A program made the translations under genes and the position numbers. The notes beneath the pieces are model-generated. The model did not search any database and was not told the DNA's origin. It saw nothing but the letters and a program-made list of their open reading frames with translations. Below, piece by piece: positions 36,733 to 50,708 of a stretch of 64,000 nt of DNA. The stretch's first letter is position 1. Every line of letters begins with the position of its first letter. Source of the stretch: Callorhinchus milii (lineage: Eukaryota); NCBI RefSeq assembly GCF_018977255.1, contig NW_024704742.1, positions 90,212,001 to 90,276,000 of the forward strand, in the 5' to 3' direction.

Positions 36733-39159
36733 GATCGAAATGATAGGACTTAAGGCGGGCTTTAAATATGGGGAGGGAGGGAGGGAGGGAGGGAGGTGGC
36801 GGCACTTCAGGATGGAGTTCCAGAGACCAGGGCCAGGTAGACAGACAGGATGAAAGCTCTTCCACCAAGCTTGATAAATTGCATCTTCAACATAAAACAA
36901 AGTCTCAAAGTGCTTTGCATAAACAGATTAATTAGAAATGAATGAATTTTGTCATGTAAGTAAACAGACAGCAACAGTCTACATATGCAACAATGAGATA
37001 AATGATCGATTAATTTGAATAAATTTGAATGAGGAGGGAATATAAACCAGGAAAAAACACAACTTTTTTGGACAAAGTGTTGGCGCAGTGGGGAGAAGGA
37101 GAGCGAGAGGGAAAGACCCTTGGCCTTGACCTGAATTATAAGACTTATGAAATCTAAATTAATAACTCAAATAAATAAAAATTAAAAATCTTGCATTGGT
37201 TATAGAATTTGGGGGTAAATCTTGCAAAGTTCAATAATTAACCCCAAAGTAAACTACAATTACAATATACAATTTACATTTATATAGCACCTTTCAAATC
37301 GGGAGGGCATGCCAAAGTGCATTCATTGTTTTGAGCACTTTGAGCACATCGTCTCCAAGCGCTTTGAGACGTCTCAAAGACTTGATAAGGCACTATACCA
37401 AGCGCAAGGATTATTATTATTATTGTAATTATCACCGTCTTCGTGATGTTTCCGTGAAACCATACTCCCACTGACCGTAGTGTGCAAAACCAGATGTCCA
37501 CTAGGTGTCAGTGCCTTCTCTAAAAGTGCTGCCTCCCATGCTCAGCTTTCTCACCACCATTGTTGTTTTTATGCGCTAGATGTTTCCTTTTAAATTGGAG
37601 CCCCTATAGTGCATTCTAGCTCTTGTTGTTTAATAGCTATTTACTGAGGTTTACTGGATCTGCCTTAGAGGGGTGAGACTCATGCTCTCCCCGGAATAAA
37701 ACGCCTAGCCAACGGCCTTGAGAATCGACAATCGGGAAAAGTTATTCTTCTCATGGTTGAGAACAAACATTATAAAGAATAACTACTTATTGGATCAGAA
37801 CAAATTAGGTAATACGGTTGGACCCTGTTATAATGCCTTGGTCTAGCTCCATAAAATCAGACTGCAAGCTATAACGGGTCACATTGTCGAGCGACCACTG
37901 GCTAGTTCTTTTTTCAGTGACCTTAGGTCACCAATGAAGCCAGTAACTATTCTCGCAAGTGTTTACAGCAGTTACTAGGACCACAGGAGGCTTCCTGAGC
38001 CTGACTTGTCAGTATCAGAAATGTATTGTAGGTCCATCTGTGTTATATTGAAGCACAGTATAGCAAGGTCTGTCTACATGGCTGACAGATTTCTTATTAA
38101 TCTGTTTCTGCAAACCACTTTGAGACTTTTTACGTTGAAGATGCTGTTTATAAAACTTAGTGGAAGAGCTTTCATCCTGTCTGTCTCTCTGCCCCTGCTC
38201 TCTGGAACTCTCTGAGACAAGCAATTTAACAGAGTGAGCTCACTGATTTCACCTACAAAATGCACAATCGCTATACTTTGCAATAAAATCCTGTGAAGCG
38301 CTTTGAGATGTCCTAGGTGCAATATTAAATGCAAGGACTATTGTGTCATTATTGTGTCACAGAGCTCAACTCTGTTAGTATCTGTCATAGCCCAAAGCAG
38401 GCTTTTGTAACCTATAGCAAATAACTGACCCATCACTCCTTTGACAAATTCCCTGCCGTGGCAAATAAAAACTGGCACGGGCCGAGGAGCAAATTGCCAG
38501 CTCACCCTCATGATCAATCGGATGGTCTGTTAGTCAGAGGACAGTGTACTGAGTGGGAAGGAATGTGTAACTGAAGTCAGAATGTAACAAATCCTTTTAA
38601 AACAAAATATTCACCAGCAAATGTTTTTTTCCGCCTTTCTTTGCTATGTAAAGCTAGCCCTGGTGTGAGTCTTGCCAAAGTCATGTTGGATATTACTATG
38701 ATCAATGAACTCTATCCTCCCTCCTATTTAATTCACTCTGATTGTCTTCCTGAACCTGCATCATTTCAGTCAAATACAGGAAGCGATCCCACCCAGAACA
38801 GTTATAAGAGTTTGGCGTACATTTCATTTAAAAGGGCAAGAATACGTCTCACTTGCCAGCACATAATTATTTTGTGAGTAAAATCAGTCTGCATCCATTT
38901 TGTACAATCAGAGACAGTATATCATTCCAAAGTCTTTAAAGGGGCAGTGCTATCCCTTTTACTGTATCTTGCAAGGCTGTTTGACACCAGAGCCAGAGAT
39001 GGCATCCTGGACATGTCCTGAACACCCCACTACCATATAGATATACTTTGCTAAATCTTACTCGATGTAATGAAACCAACAGACAGCAAAACTCAGCAAG
39101 GAATAGTAATAATAAATCATAATATCATTTGTTATGGCATTTGTTATAGCAAATAAATG

Positions 39160-39608
39160 TTAAAAATGGTCAATCACATTATGATTGTTTGTAGGACATT
39201 GCTGTACGCAACTGACTGCCATGTTTCACCCACAAAATATACAGTCAATCCACTTTACAGTGTATCCTGTGAAGCACTTTGAGACGTCTTAATGACGTGA
39301 CATGGCGCTATATCAACTGGATTGTCAGAGGTCACCTCCTTCAGAGGACCCAGCTATTTGTTCGGTGGACATTAAAGATCCATGGCACTATTTGAAAAAG
39401 GAGCTCTCCTAGTGTCTTGGCCAACAATCCACAGCTAAAATTGGTCACTCATTTCATTGCCGTCTGTGCACAAAATTGGCTGCCACATTCACCTACAAAA
39501 TAAGCAATCACTACAATTTAAAGTAAATTCAGTGAAGCACTTTGAGATGTGAAAAGCATTGTATCAATTGTAAGGATTATTACTATTATTGTTATTATTA
39601 TTATTATT
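39160..39608 (+). mobile_element. Two tandem partial SINE copies
   Basis: Tail unit at 39160-39317, then Deu-like core plus tail at 39320-39608 ending (ATT)n. Confidence 0.8.
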
Positions 39609-40549
39609 TATCAAACAAACACAAGTCTTAGTAATTGCTCTCAAGTCTAGTTTAAAAACCTTCCTATTTTTGTGACGTAAACTGTATTTTCTGCAGAAAA
39701 CCAGTCACTTACATATTAATTGGACTCGTCAGGCTTTAACTCCAGCCAAGATTTCTGCAAAGATGAAATCTCACAGGTTGATGTGACATACAGGGGTTTG
39801 CCTGCAGAAAATGTAGCCCACGGCACTTTTTACAGCTGTTGCTTTATGGCTGGCGTCCCGCTGAAGTGCTTTATCAACCCAAAGGTGGCTGGCAAGTCTC
39901 AGTGAGGACTATTTTCCATTGATCACCATGGGATTTGTATAGAGATCGATTCTGGCATTCCATGAACTCAGCTTGCTCACAGAACCTCACAGATGACAAT
40001 ACCTTTAAACAGCCTCCACTAGAAACCCAACAAACACAGCAAGTTAGACAATCATGGGTGGCAATTATTTAACAATGGTTCATTTAGTGTGTTTGACTGC
40101 TCTGTTCTTTAAAGATTTATTTAACAACCGATAAAATATGGTGTGAAGCAAGGCTGTCAACCATCTGAGATCAGTGGTTTGGGGAGGATACAGAAATTGC
40201 ATCAGATTAATGAAGTCACTTACAAAAAACTGAAAGGACTCTCTTTGAAGAAAATATTGACCAGGGCATATCATCCAAGTATTTAAGCCTTTGTGCTGCC
40301 AAAATGAATTTACAATGGAGACATCTTCGCTTCCTGAATGCCAGAGACGAGCATGCATTTACGTCCGCAGCTCTCAGTTTTGGAGCCTCAGTACAGAATT
40401 GCTTATAACCCACTCTCTTGTGGACCCACAGTTTCTGGTGGTGCTCGGGAGAGCAGTCGCAAATGAACAGCCAATTTCCTGCCTGCACAGCTGAAAGCGA
40501 CAACCTGACTACCTGGAAATGGGAAATGGAAATTGGCAATTTTTTCCAC

Positions 40550-41680
40550 AGGCCTATTATAATACGATTATAATCTTTGTATCTGACATAGCCTGTATTA
40601 TCTTGGCAAATCTTCTCAAAGCATTTCTATCTGGGGCACTGTTGGCCAGGACATTGGGAGAAACTCCCTTTAGTTTTCAAATCGTGCCATGGGATCTTTA
40701 ACATCCACCTGAACAGGCGGACTTTCATGTTAAAGATCTTGGTTTAGCGTCTCATTCAAAGGACGACACCTCCGGCAATGAGGTCATCCTCACTCTTGGT
40801 GACATCATCCGCAGACATGGGGTCAACTTCCACATGTATGCAGCTGACTCACAATTGTACCTCTCTGCCTCCATCCTCGACTCCAGGACCACTGCTGTCC
40901 TGACTGAATGTCTGTGAGACATCAAGTTTTGGATGAGAGCTAACTTCCTTCAATTGAATATCAGCAAGACTGAGACTCTCCAGATTGGATCGTACCAGTT
41001 GCCAAAACCCTCATACACACATTTGTCTATCAAGGCTCAACTACAGAAACCTTGTCGGCTCCCCAACTCTTCCCTCCACAAGCTGCAGATCATCCACAAC
41101 TCTGCAGCTCGTGTCCTCTCTCGCACCAGGCTCCATGACTCCATCACACCCACCCTCGCCCGGCTCCACTGGCTCCCCATCCCTCAGAGGATAGAATTCA
41201 AAATCCTCGTCCTCACCTTTAAGATCCTCCATGGCCTTGCTGACTCCTACCTCTCCGACCTGCTAACCCCTTATCAATCTGTCCACTCCCTCCACTCAGC
41301 AGGCTCCAGCCTACTCCATGTTCCCCGGGCGCCCCCCCAACCACCTTTAACCTCTCTGCCCCCACCCTCTGGAACTCCATCCCGCATTCCCTTCACCTCT
41401 CTCCCTCTCTTGCCTCCATCAAGGCAAGCCTCAAGATCCTCCTCTTCGAGCATGTCTTTGTCCACCCTCCTACCCTCTCTGCCCTCCACCTTCCTTGATC
41501 CCACCAGTCACCCACTCCACTCGGGTCCTAATCCCTGACTGTTCAGCACCTTGGGACATCCTCCCGACACGAAAGGCGCTTTACAAATGTAACTTTGTAT
41601 TGTATCTCCCAGTACTGGAGGGTTAGCTTAAACTATATGGTTTCAAAATCCAATGCGAGACATTTAATCTCACTGAAATT
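40550..41680 (-). mobile_element. SINE-A interrupted by an L2 (40795-41603)
   Basis: gtgccatgggatctttaacatccacctgaacagg...cacctccggcaatg at 40684-40780; resumes ctcccagtactggagggttagc at ~41606. Confidence 0.65.
40795..41603 (+). mobile_element. L2 3' fragment with internal deletion
   Basis: ORF 40933-41538 MRANFLQLNISKTE...LHWLPIPQRIEFKILVLTFK; tail gaaaggcgctttacaaatgtaactttgtattg. Confidence 0.95.
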
Positions 41681-43044
41681 AGGAAAAAGCAAGAGAACAC
41701 ATATTGAAGAGCAATCAACAGATTAGCATTTATAAAATATGCACTGGAGCCAGTAATTTGATTTTAACAGAGGGGAGATGCTGGGTGAAATTCCTATTGC
41801 CGAAATGTGCATTGGAATTACGATACACCTTTATATTGAAGTTATAATGAAACTCCCCCCCCCCCCCCCCACCCCCTTGTTATTACCCAGAGCAAGTTTC
41901 ATAGAATAATGTATAATTAAATGGGTTGTACACATTCACCAAAGTGAGCAATAATTATTTCCTAAATAAACTCCCAAATTTGAAAAATGCAAAATGCGTC
42001 CCATGGTGCAATTTTGTTAATCCCAGGCCTCAACCCATTCATTTGTACTCTGCCCTCATTTACACACAAAGAGAAAAGTTCATCCAAACATCTGCTTTTG
42101 CTGAGCTCCTGGAAAAAACGTGTAAAGTGTTTACCGGGAGGCAGGCATTTAATCGTAAGCAAAATATGCAAAATCTTCCAGACTTGGGGCATTTTTTCTT
42201 ACCAAATTTTAGGGAGGGATCGACAAAAAATCATGAAGTATGGAAATGATAAATGATCTCAGAAGCACATAAGGCCTCATTGCATGAGGAGGTAGGGGGA
42301 AAAAGGAATTCAATGCAACAATTATTCAGAAGTAAGGTATACAATTAGCCTAAGCAATGCTTTAAAACAGATCATGTTATTTCAAATGTGAAGAGGTATA
42401 CAACTGCCTTACATTTTATTTAAATGTTAATTAAATTGTGGTTAGCAGAAATCAGAGACAATGCTTATGTATGATAGCCTATCTGCCCACAAAAACAGAG
42501 CACATTATTTCTTAGTAAAATTCACGAGTTTACTCTCAAATTTGTTCTTCCTAGACTGTGATCCAAAGCCACATAGTAAGCTCAGCTGCGATAAATAAAG
42601 TCAATCCTTAATGCTATGGCATTCTCTCCATCATATGTCAGTCTAGGTGAATACATGTTTAAAGTAATGCTCTAGAGTTCAGCAGAAAATCCTCTTTGTC
42701 AGTGTAACACACACATACACGTCTCTATTTGTATTCAAAGCCTGCTGGATTGTATTTAAACCTTCTCTTCCTGAGTAGCAACACTCTTTGTCTATATAAA
42801 AATATTCACTTTAGTGTCAAATCTATCAGATTTTATTCAGCACTTCAGGACATTTATATTTTATGAGAAAGTCACTACAGTGGAACACTATTACCACACA
42901 GCTTTTTTTTAATTCAAGTATAAATAGAGAGCACAATCATCCATTTCAAATCTCTGGAATACTCTAGGCTAAGTGTAAACAACATGCAAATACACGGCAT
43001 CCTTCTACAGTACGGCTTATAAACCTTGCAATTAATGCAGCAGC

Positions 43045-43400
43045 AATAATCCTTACATTTGATACAGCGTCTTATTATTTCATCGCCACACCTCAAAGCC
43101 TTTCACAGAATGTTACTGTAAAGTGCAGAAACCGTATTTGTAGGCAAATGTAGCAGCTGATTTTTAACAAAGCAATGTCCCCACAAACAGTCATGAAGTG
43201 AATGACCAATTTTATTTGGAGGATTGTTTGCCAGGACACCTGGAGAAACGCCCTTCTCTTTTCAAGTAACGCATTGGAATCTTTTAACATCCACCTGAAC
43301 AGACTGACGGGACCTCAATTTAGATACTCATCTGAACATCAACAACTATGACAATGCAGTGCTTCATTAGCACTCTACTGGACTGTCTGCCTGGACTATG
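43045..43400 (-). mobile_element. SINE-A lacking head
   Basis: aataatccttacatttgata...ccaggacacctggagaaac...atcttttaacatccacctgaacag. Confidence 0.85.
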
Positions 43401-43536
43401 AAGCACCTTCAACCTCCCAAACCTCCCTCGTAATTTTGTAACCATCCGCTAAGGTAAGCATACTGCTCAGAGCTGAGTAATTTGTGCACAGACTAGCACC
43501 ACTCACCACTGGTACTGATCAGCATCTCAGCAAAGG

Positions 43537-44337
43537 TGCGTGAGCATCACATAGTGGTAGCGTACTCGCCTCTCAGTCAGAAGGTTGCGGGTTCAAGCCC
43601 CACATCAGGACTTGGAATCACACAGCTAAGATCACAATCTAATGCAGTGCTGGGGCGGTATTGAATTGTCTGAGGTGCCGTCCCTCGGATGAGACATTAA
43701 ACCGAGGTTCTATCTGCCTGCTCAGATGGACATTAAAGATCCCATGACACTATTCAAAAAGTGAAGGGAATTTCTCCCGGTGTCTTGGCTAATAATCCCC
43801 CAAATAAAATTGGTCATACACTCCACGGTTGTTTATGGAACACTGAGGTGCACAACTAGCTGCCGCATTTTGCTCACAAAATGCATTCAATCCACTTTAC
43901 AGTATGTGGAGTCCTGTAGCTCAGTAGTTAGAGCATTCGCCTAACAAGCGAGAGACGTGGATTCGATTCCCAGCAGGGCAAAACGTTGGGCAAGTTTCCT
44001 TACTCACCGCACATCTGTTTACCTAGCAAAAAGTAGGAACCCGGTTGTTAGTCGATTGCCGGATTGCTTTTCCGGGGGTAATATTTCCTTTTAAAAAAAT
44101 TGGTCGCTCATCCACGACTATTTGTGATGCACTGCTGTGCGCAATTGGCTGCCCACAAAATATAATCAATTCACTTTACAGTATATTCTGTGGAGCGCTT
44201 TGAGACATCTCAATGGTGTGATAAAACACTATTTCAAATGCAAGGGTTATTATTATTCTGTGAAGCACTTTGAGGTGTCTCGATAATGTGAAAGGTGCTG
44301 TTTCAAATGCAAGGATTATTATTATTAGGACCAGAAA
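43537..44337 (+). mobile_element. SINE-A full length, interrupted in its tail by SINE-B
   Basis: Head ggtagcgtactcgcctctcagtcagaaggttgcgggttcaagccc; Deu-like core; tail stops at cactttacagtatg (43906) and resumes ctgtgaagcactttgag (~44258). Confidence 0.9.
43907..44257 (+). mobile_element. SINE-B full length, nested in SINE-A
   Basis: tggagtcctgtagctcagtagttagagc...gattcgattccc...ctgtttacctagcaaaaagtaggaacccgg...tail (TTA)n. Confidence 0.92.
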
Positions 44338-44720
44338 GACTAGAAAGGCTGGGATTGTTCTCCTTAGATAAGAAAAGGTTAAGGGGAGATTATTATAGGT
44401 ATTTAAAATTATAAGGGGTTTTGATAGAGTAACTAAGGAGAAACTGTTTCCTCTGGCGGGTGGGTCGGTAGTCAGAGGACACAGATTTAAGATATTTGGC
44501 AAAAGAACCAAAGGGGAGACGAGGAGAATTTTTTTTAACCCAGCGAGTTGTTACACTCTGGAATTCACTGCCTGAAAAGGTGATGGAAGCAGATTTCATA
44601 GTAGCTTTCAAAAATGAATTGGATATTACTTGAAGAATTTCCACGGCTATGGAGTAAGAGCTGGCACAGGCACGATGAGATGAATGGCCTCCTTCTGTAT
44701 TGTAGGATTCTATGGTTCTA
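44338..44720 (+). mobile_element. CR1 3' fragment
   Basis: gctgggattgttctccttag (LGLFSL), cagaggacacagatttaag (RGHRFK), terminus ggattctatggttctat. Confidence 0.92.
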
Positions 44721-47374
44721 TATCCAGGTGAGAGGGAGGTGGCATTACTGACCACACTTCAGTTACTCCACATCTCCAGATTTTGGTGGCAGAGATCAGT
44801 AATTGTGCCAGACCCAGAATACAACAGGGTATCTGGAACAAACTGTCCGCAGTGAGATACTTTTGTTTATTTTACAGATGAAAACAATCTCTGGAATCCC
44901 AGATGGTTTTCAAATTAAATCCAGAACACAGTGTGCAGCTGGCAGCTGTGAAGTGACAATTCACACATCTGGATTTCATTTTTTTGTTCACGTGAATCAT
45001 CATCCACAGAGGAGTGAAATTATCATTCACTCTCATAGGAGAAAGAGAAAACAATGGATACCTGCAACTGATATCAAGGCAAGAGTCAGGAACCTGAGGA
45101 GTCTATAACCAACTATACCAGTGGACAAACTTCCATCCATTTGTTTTATTTTATTGCACTCCAGAGCTTGTAGGTGACATTTTTATTTAATTTTTAATCT
45201 TTTGATTTTCTTGTAGCCACCGTGGGTTGAACGTCAGTCACTGTTGGGCTAGCTTTTCTGTGCAATTATCAGAAGTGAAAATTGCCCCCTGTGATGTAGG
45301 TGATAATTAAAGCATGTTGATAAATGTCAGTCAGCAACGAAAAATTGGCCACGGATATATACCCCACCCCTCCCTTGTTTCACCCCCCAATTCTACCCTC
45401 CACTCCTCCCCTCACCCACACACACAAACATACACACACAGCTCCATGACTCCACACACGCAATGACTGACAAGGAAAACAGTTAAGACTGCAAAGAAAG
45501 GCTCAGATGAAGAATGTCAGTGTCACTGTATAAATACAATTTATGTCTGTAGGAATATTTGAAAGCAGTTCAACTTAAACCAAAAAGTCCACTGAAAAGT
45601 TACAGTACCTTGAAGTTTAACTAAAGACTTGTGCTTTTTTTTCCCCCAAAATAATCCACAATTGTGGATTATAGAATTGGGGACTTGACGAATAGAATCA
45701 ATCTAAAAAATAGACAACAACTTGCAATTATATAGCAGCTTTCAAAATAACTTCTTAGAGCATTTCACAAGGACAGCCGGGCAAGAGGGGGAAGGCAGCA
45801 AGAATACTGATCACAGTTTGGAATCATGTAGTGTTTTGCAGTAGTGACAAACCGATGAAAGCACCTAAATCAAGGAGCTGTTTTTACCAGGAATGTGATC
45901 CCATTCCTTGCCCTGTGAATAATAATAATAAAAATCATTGCATTTGATATAGCGCCTTATCATGTCGGTGAGACCAAAGCGCTTCACAGAATTTACTGTA
46001 ATGTGGATTGACTATTTGTGGGTGAAATTATGAAATGTGATACGTAGTGCAACAGCCCAGCTCTCTTCAGCCTCGAGAGATTGAGGACCAAGAAATCTAA
46101 ATATTACGTCACACTTAGACTCTTTCTCACTCCGAAAATGTCACATTGCTCCCAGCAGTATATGTATGCATCAGTTTAATAAAAGCTGCAGTTAGTATTG
46201 TTTATGTAGGGCCCTAGGTGTCTCTTACCTCTCCTGATCAGGGCAAGGCAAAAGCCAAAATGCTTGTTACAGAGTCAATCTCTTCCACGGTGGTCAGAAA
46301 TGTGGTGTTTCTAAACTTATTTGAGAAATGGTGTTGGGATGTGGTTTGAAATTACACCCAACTTCTGAAAATTGTTGTGCCCAAATTTAGCTGCCATTTT
46401 TGATTCAGCTTAACTGGCATCATTTCCTACTGACTGAAACAAGCCTCCTGTGCCTGTTCAGTGGGGATAACTCAGACTGGTTGGGCCTGAAGATCTTAGT
46501 AAGGTTCTCATTCCCGTCTGCCAATGTGGAAATCTTAATTAAGGAATGGAATGTATGCAACAGTTTTGATCCCATATATCTTGACTCTATGTGTTTCATT
46601 CCTGAGCTTTGGTGTTTGCACAATCTCTAAGTAATCAACAGCAAGTAGACATCTCGAGGGACACTTGGTGGTTCTTTCTTCTCCTCATGAGGACAAGACA
46701 TTTCTTACTTAAGGACCAGTATTAAAATGTGGTTTGAAATTGACCTGGCATCTAATAATTGGTAAGGCATTGCTCATTCTCTACTGGAGTTGCAATATAG
46801 TTCAAACAACAAGCCTGCAACAAACAACTGGACTTAGAACTATTGAAATTGAGCAGAGCAAACAAAAGATCAGTAAAGTTTCTAAACACAAGTGACAATT
46901 GTGCATGATAATAGTTTCCATTCAGTTTAGCAGAAACAGCCAATTGGAACAGATTTAAAACAAGGAAACTTAAGCAAGTCACACTAAAATTTCAACAAGT
47001 CTTTATCGCAACTCCTAAAATATTACAATTGAGTTCTGAAAACGGACCATAGAATGACAGAACACAGCTGAATAAACACATTTGTTTTGGACAAAAAATC
47101 CCTTTCAGTCATTTTTTTTGCCCTGGTCAATGTCAATGCAGGGAAACTAAATACCTGCATCAACATTGAGCTCTCCCTGATCAGAAACAGCACAGACAAA
47201 GGCAGAGTGAAGGTCCTTTCATTGTCCTAAAGTCTTGATGCTAATTGGAGTTGCACCATTTCCTATACTACCCATATATGTGGCCTCTCTCAGTCACATT
47301 GCCAATTTCCTTTGGACTTTTGTTCTTCAGTTGCAGGCCCACTAAGAATTGGGCTGGAATTCCCCAAACCTTGG

Positions 47375-47650
47375 AAGAAACGTTGAACCGAGGTCCCGCC
47401 TGCCTATTAAAGATCCCATGGAACATTTTGAAAAGAAAGGGAAAGTTTCTCCCAGTATCCTAGCCAAAATACCCCCCAAACAAAATTGTTCATTCACTTC
47501 ATGGCTGTTTATGGGACACTGGGGTGCAAAAATCAACTGTTGTGTGCACCCACATAATACAGTCACTGAACTGTCACAGTATATCCAGTGAAGCCCACTG
47601 ACACATCCTCCCAACATGAAAGACACAATCAAATGCAGGATTATTATTAT
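47375..47650 (+). mobile_element. SINE-A 3' half
   Basis: aaccgaggtcccgcctgcc...aaagatcccatgg...caaatgcaggattattattat. Confidence 0.85.
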
Positions 47651-48049
47651 GATCTCTTAGAAATAGAAGCCTTCAGACCAAGAAGGGGAATAACAATGTT
47701 TGCACCTGTAGTGAGACAACCAGTTTTCACTTTAACATCCTCCTGATCCCCAACAATGGAGTGCCTCCAGGATTTAACTTTTCTGAATGTTGACGTCAAT
47801 AGTATTTTTAAAAGAAATTCAACCACATGTCATGCTATTTCTTCATAATATTTTCTATATTTATGACAGTGGCGTCATGTTGCAATTGGACTAATAGTAT
47901 TATTTGAAATGATTTTTCTTTGTGAAATTCATGTGAAGGGAATGTCTGAAGGATAAATATTCCAAAGCCTCACCATGCAACTGAGTCCTGAACACACACA
48001 CAAACATACACACACACACACTACCAGTATAAAGAGCTTTTCTTTCACT

Positions 48050-48617
48050 CTTTCATCATGTTGAACATCTCTATCATATCACTCTTTAAATCTTCTCTGC
48101 TCTAACAGCAAGAATCCCAAACTCTCTTGAGTCTCATCATAGCTTTATGCTTCCATCTCCAGTGTCATCCTTGTGAACCCAGGCTGCACCCTCTCTATAG
48201 CTCCAATATCCTTTGTGTAATGTGGTGCCCAAAACTGCACCCAACATTCATAAAATCCTAATTTAGATGCAATATGCTTTGTCCCATAGGCTCAGCTTTC
48301 AAATTAAAACACTTTTTTTCTTTCTTTTTCATTATCAGACTTTTTCAATGAAATCAGCAAATTATGTTTGCCCTTCTCTAATAACCAAAAGGGCAAAGGG
48401 AGAGGTTAGGTAAAATTGTTTTACACAGGGACATTAGGATATGCAACACCTTATCTAGAACGATGGTTGAGGCAGTATCTGTATTAGATGAATATCTGAA
48501 AAGGAGAACTATAAAAGGCTATGGGAAAATGAGATGAGCCTGGCAACTCTTTCAGAGAGCCAGCACAGGCACAGTGAATTAAATGGCCTCCGTCTCTGCT
48601 ATGAACTTCTATGGTTC
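48050..48617. mobile_element. Two CR1 fragments (- at 48050-48250; + 3' end at 48385-48617)
   Basis: tcttctctgctctaa...tgtggtgcccaaaactgcac; gagccagcacaggcacag...aaatggcctcc...cttctatggttc. Confidence 0.7.
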
Positions 48618-49054
48618 CTGTCTGTGCTCCACTGGGCCATTTTCTATTATTTTTAACATTACTCATTAAGTTAAATTTTGGGAATTTACAAAAGTGTGTG
48701 ACCAACGAGAAACTTTGCATAATTATAGAAAAAATTGACTTTTGGAAAATTAATTATTGTGGTGCTGTACTATTAATGGTGGTTTGCACTTACTTCACTA
48801 CAACTTACATAAGCCTAACATTACAGTACAATACAAGATAGTGTAGTAATTGCAAAGAAACATCATTCATAATTCTCCTGTGTACATTTCTTAGGAAACA
48901 TATATTTGACAGCGAGATCACGTAACAAATTCCATCTTTAATGCAGCTTAACACTGCTTAGTCAGATTTGAATTTCAAATTTTAGATTATTTAGTATACA
49001 TCGGCAACATTGTACTGAATAGGAGGCTCCAGGCTCCTGAGATCAAAATAATAT

Positions 49055-49340
49055 TCTTTAATAATCCTCGCATTTGATTTAGTGCTTAATTACATCGTCG
49101 AAACATCTCACAGCGTTTACAGTAAAGTGTGGTGACTCTATGTGTAGGCAAAAATGGTAGTCAATTTGCGCACAGCAATGTTCCGTAAACATCCATTTAG
49201 TGAAAGGCCAATTTTTATCTGGAGGATTGTTGGCCAAGACACTGGAAAAAAATTCCCTCTACTTTACATACAGTGCCATGGGATCTTTAATGTCCACCTG
49301 GAGAGGCAGGCAGGACCTTGGTTTAATGTCTCATCCATAC
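49055..49340 (-). mobile_element. SINE-A 3' half
   Basis: ataatcctcgcatttga...gtgccatgggatctttaatgtcc...ggtttaatgtctcatcc. Confidence 0.85.
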
Positions 49341-50708
49341 TTCTGACATTGCAGCCTACTGCAAACTAGCGAAAATGGTGGGGCAATAAGAAAATCTTGC
49401 ATCTGGAACTGGGGAAAGCATTGATTTTGCATTTTGTCAGACGGTGGCCTCAATGTACACTGAAAAATACAAGTTAAAATAATGTCCTAGGAGCTAAAAA
49501 TTCAAACAAAACTTTTTATATCTTTAAAATACAAGGTGGCAGTGAAATGTTCTGATACAGAGCAATGAGAGAGAAACCATTCTCCAGAAGTTGGAGGGGT
49601 ATTCAACCCCAAACTAGTCATTAAGTACTCGACTAGCACAGGTGTTACAGTCAATCCATTTTCCAATATATTCTGTGAAGCAATTTGAAACATCTCAACG
49701 TCGTAATAAGGTGCTATATCAAATGCAGGGATTATTATTATTATATTCCATACTGCAAATTCCCCACCATCACCACCAAAACCCCACCATTTCCCAAATC
49801 CAAGGTTAAGGTTAAGATCAAGGTTCACACATGAAGAATCATCCTGTGGGTTAGGCATTAAAGGTCTGATGAGGAACCCTGCCCCAGACCGGTTGACCAG
49901 TTTCAGGAAGGAATAGATGTCTGATGATGGGGGACAATCATTATGGTGCTGGCTCTAACAGCACCTTTGTTGTTAAAATTAGGTCAATCATAGGATTGCT
50001 TCTCAGAGGAATAGTCTGGAGCCAGTGCTGAGTGGGTGGAGTAACCCAGATGTCAGTTTGGCACAGGGTTTGCACATCTGCAGTGTGTATACAGGCCCAT
50101 GTTTCACAGATCCCTGAGACGAGTGGCCATCTGTGAGAGACAAATCATTTCTAAAATGACATTTTTGTCTCGCAAATCAACCTGAATTTGTAGATCGACA
50201 CAATAGTTGGAAATTGTCTGTATTGATGGAGATATGCATCCCTCCGAATGCCCATTCTAGCAGCCAGGCCTTTTCTCCCATTCCACTTCCAGGTCCCTCG
50301 CTGCTTCAGCAACAACAACAACTTGCATTTATATAGCGCCCCTCACGCAGGGTAGCTCCCAGAATGATTCAAACTTCGTATGAAACATGCTGCACATAGT
50401 CCACAACGCGTAGCTTCGAAGCATTTCTTAGACTGGGGGCGAGAAATCCAATGTTCCATAAACAGACTGGATGTAACCTCACACCAAATTGTTGTGAAAA
50501 AAACCCTCTCAAAGAACTCTCTCTTTCACCCATCCCCCACCCTTCTCCGTGTCTGACCCTGCCATTGTGAAGTGCACCAATATGCCACTATGTCAAGTGT
50601 GCTTTATAAATGCAACTTGTTCTTGAATTATGAGATTTTCATGTTGAATCTATAAATAATGATTGCTGTTTCTGATTGTGTTTGAGTGCCATTTACACAA
50701 CTGACGGT

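Noticed and set aside
36769..36798. (GGGA)n potential G-quadruplex
   Set aside because: Simple-repeat expansion within an L2 remnant; no evidence of function
41855..41870. Poly-C run, and (CA)n tracts at ~45415, ~47992 and ~62210
   Set aside because: Ordinary simple repeats
46222..46312. Minus-strand exon with donor GAG|gtaaga
   Set aside because: Poor acceptor context, no recognisable peptide, and the sequence resembles an eroded CR1 3' region
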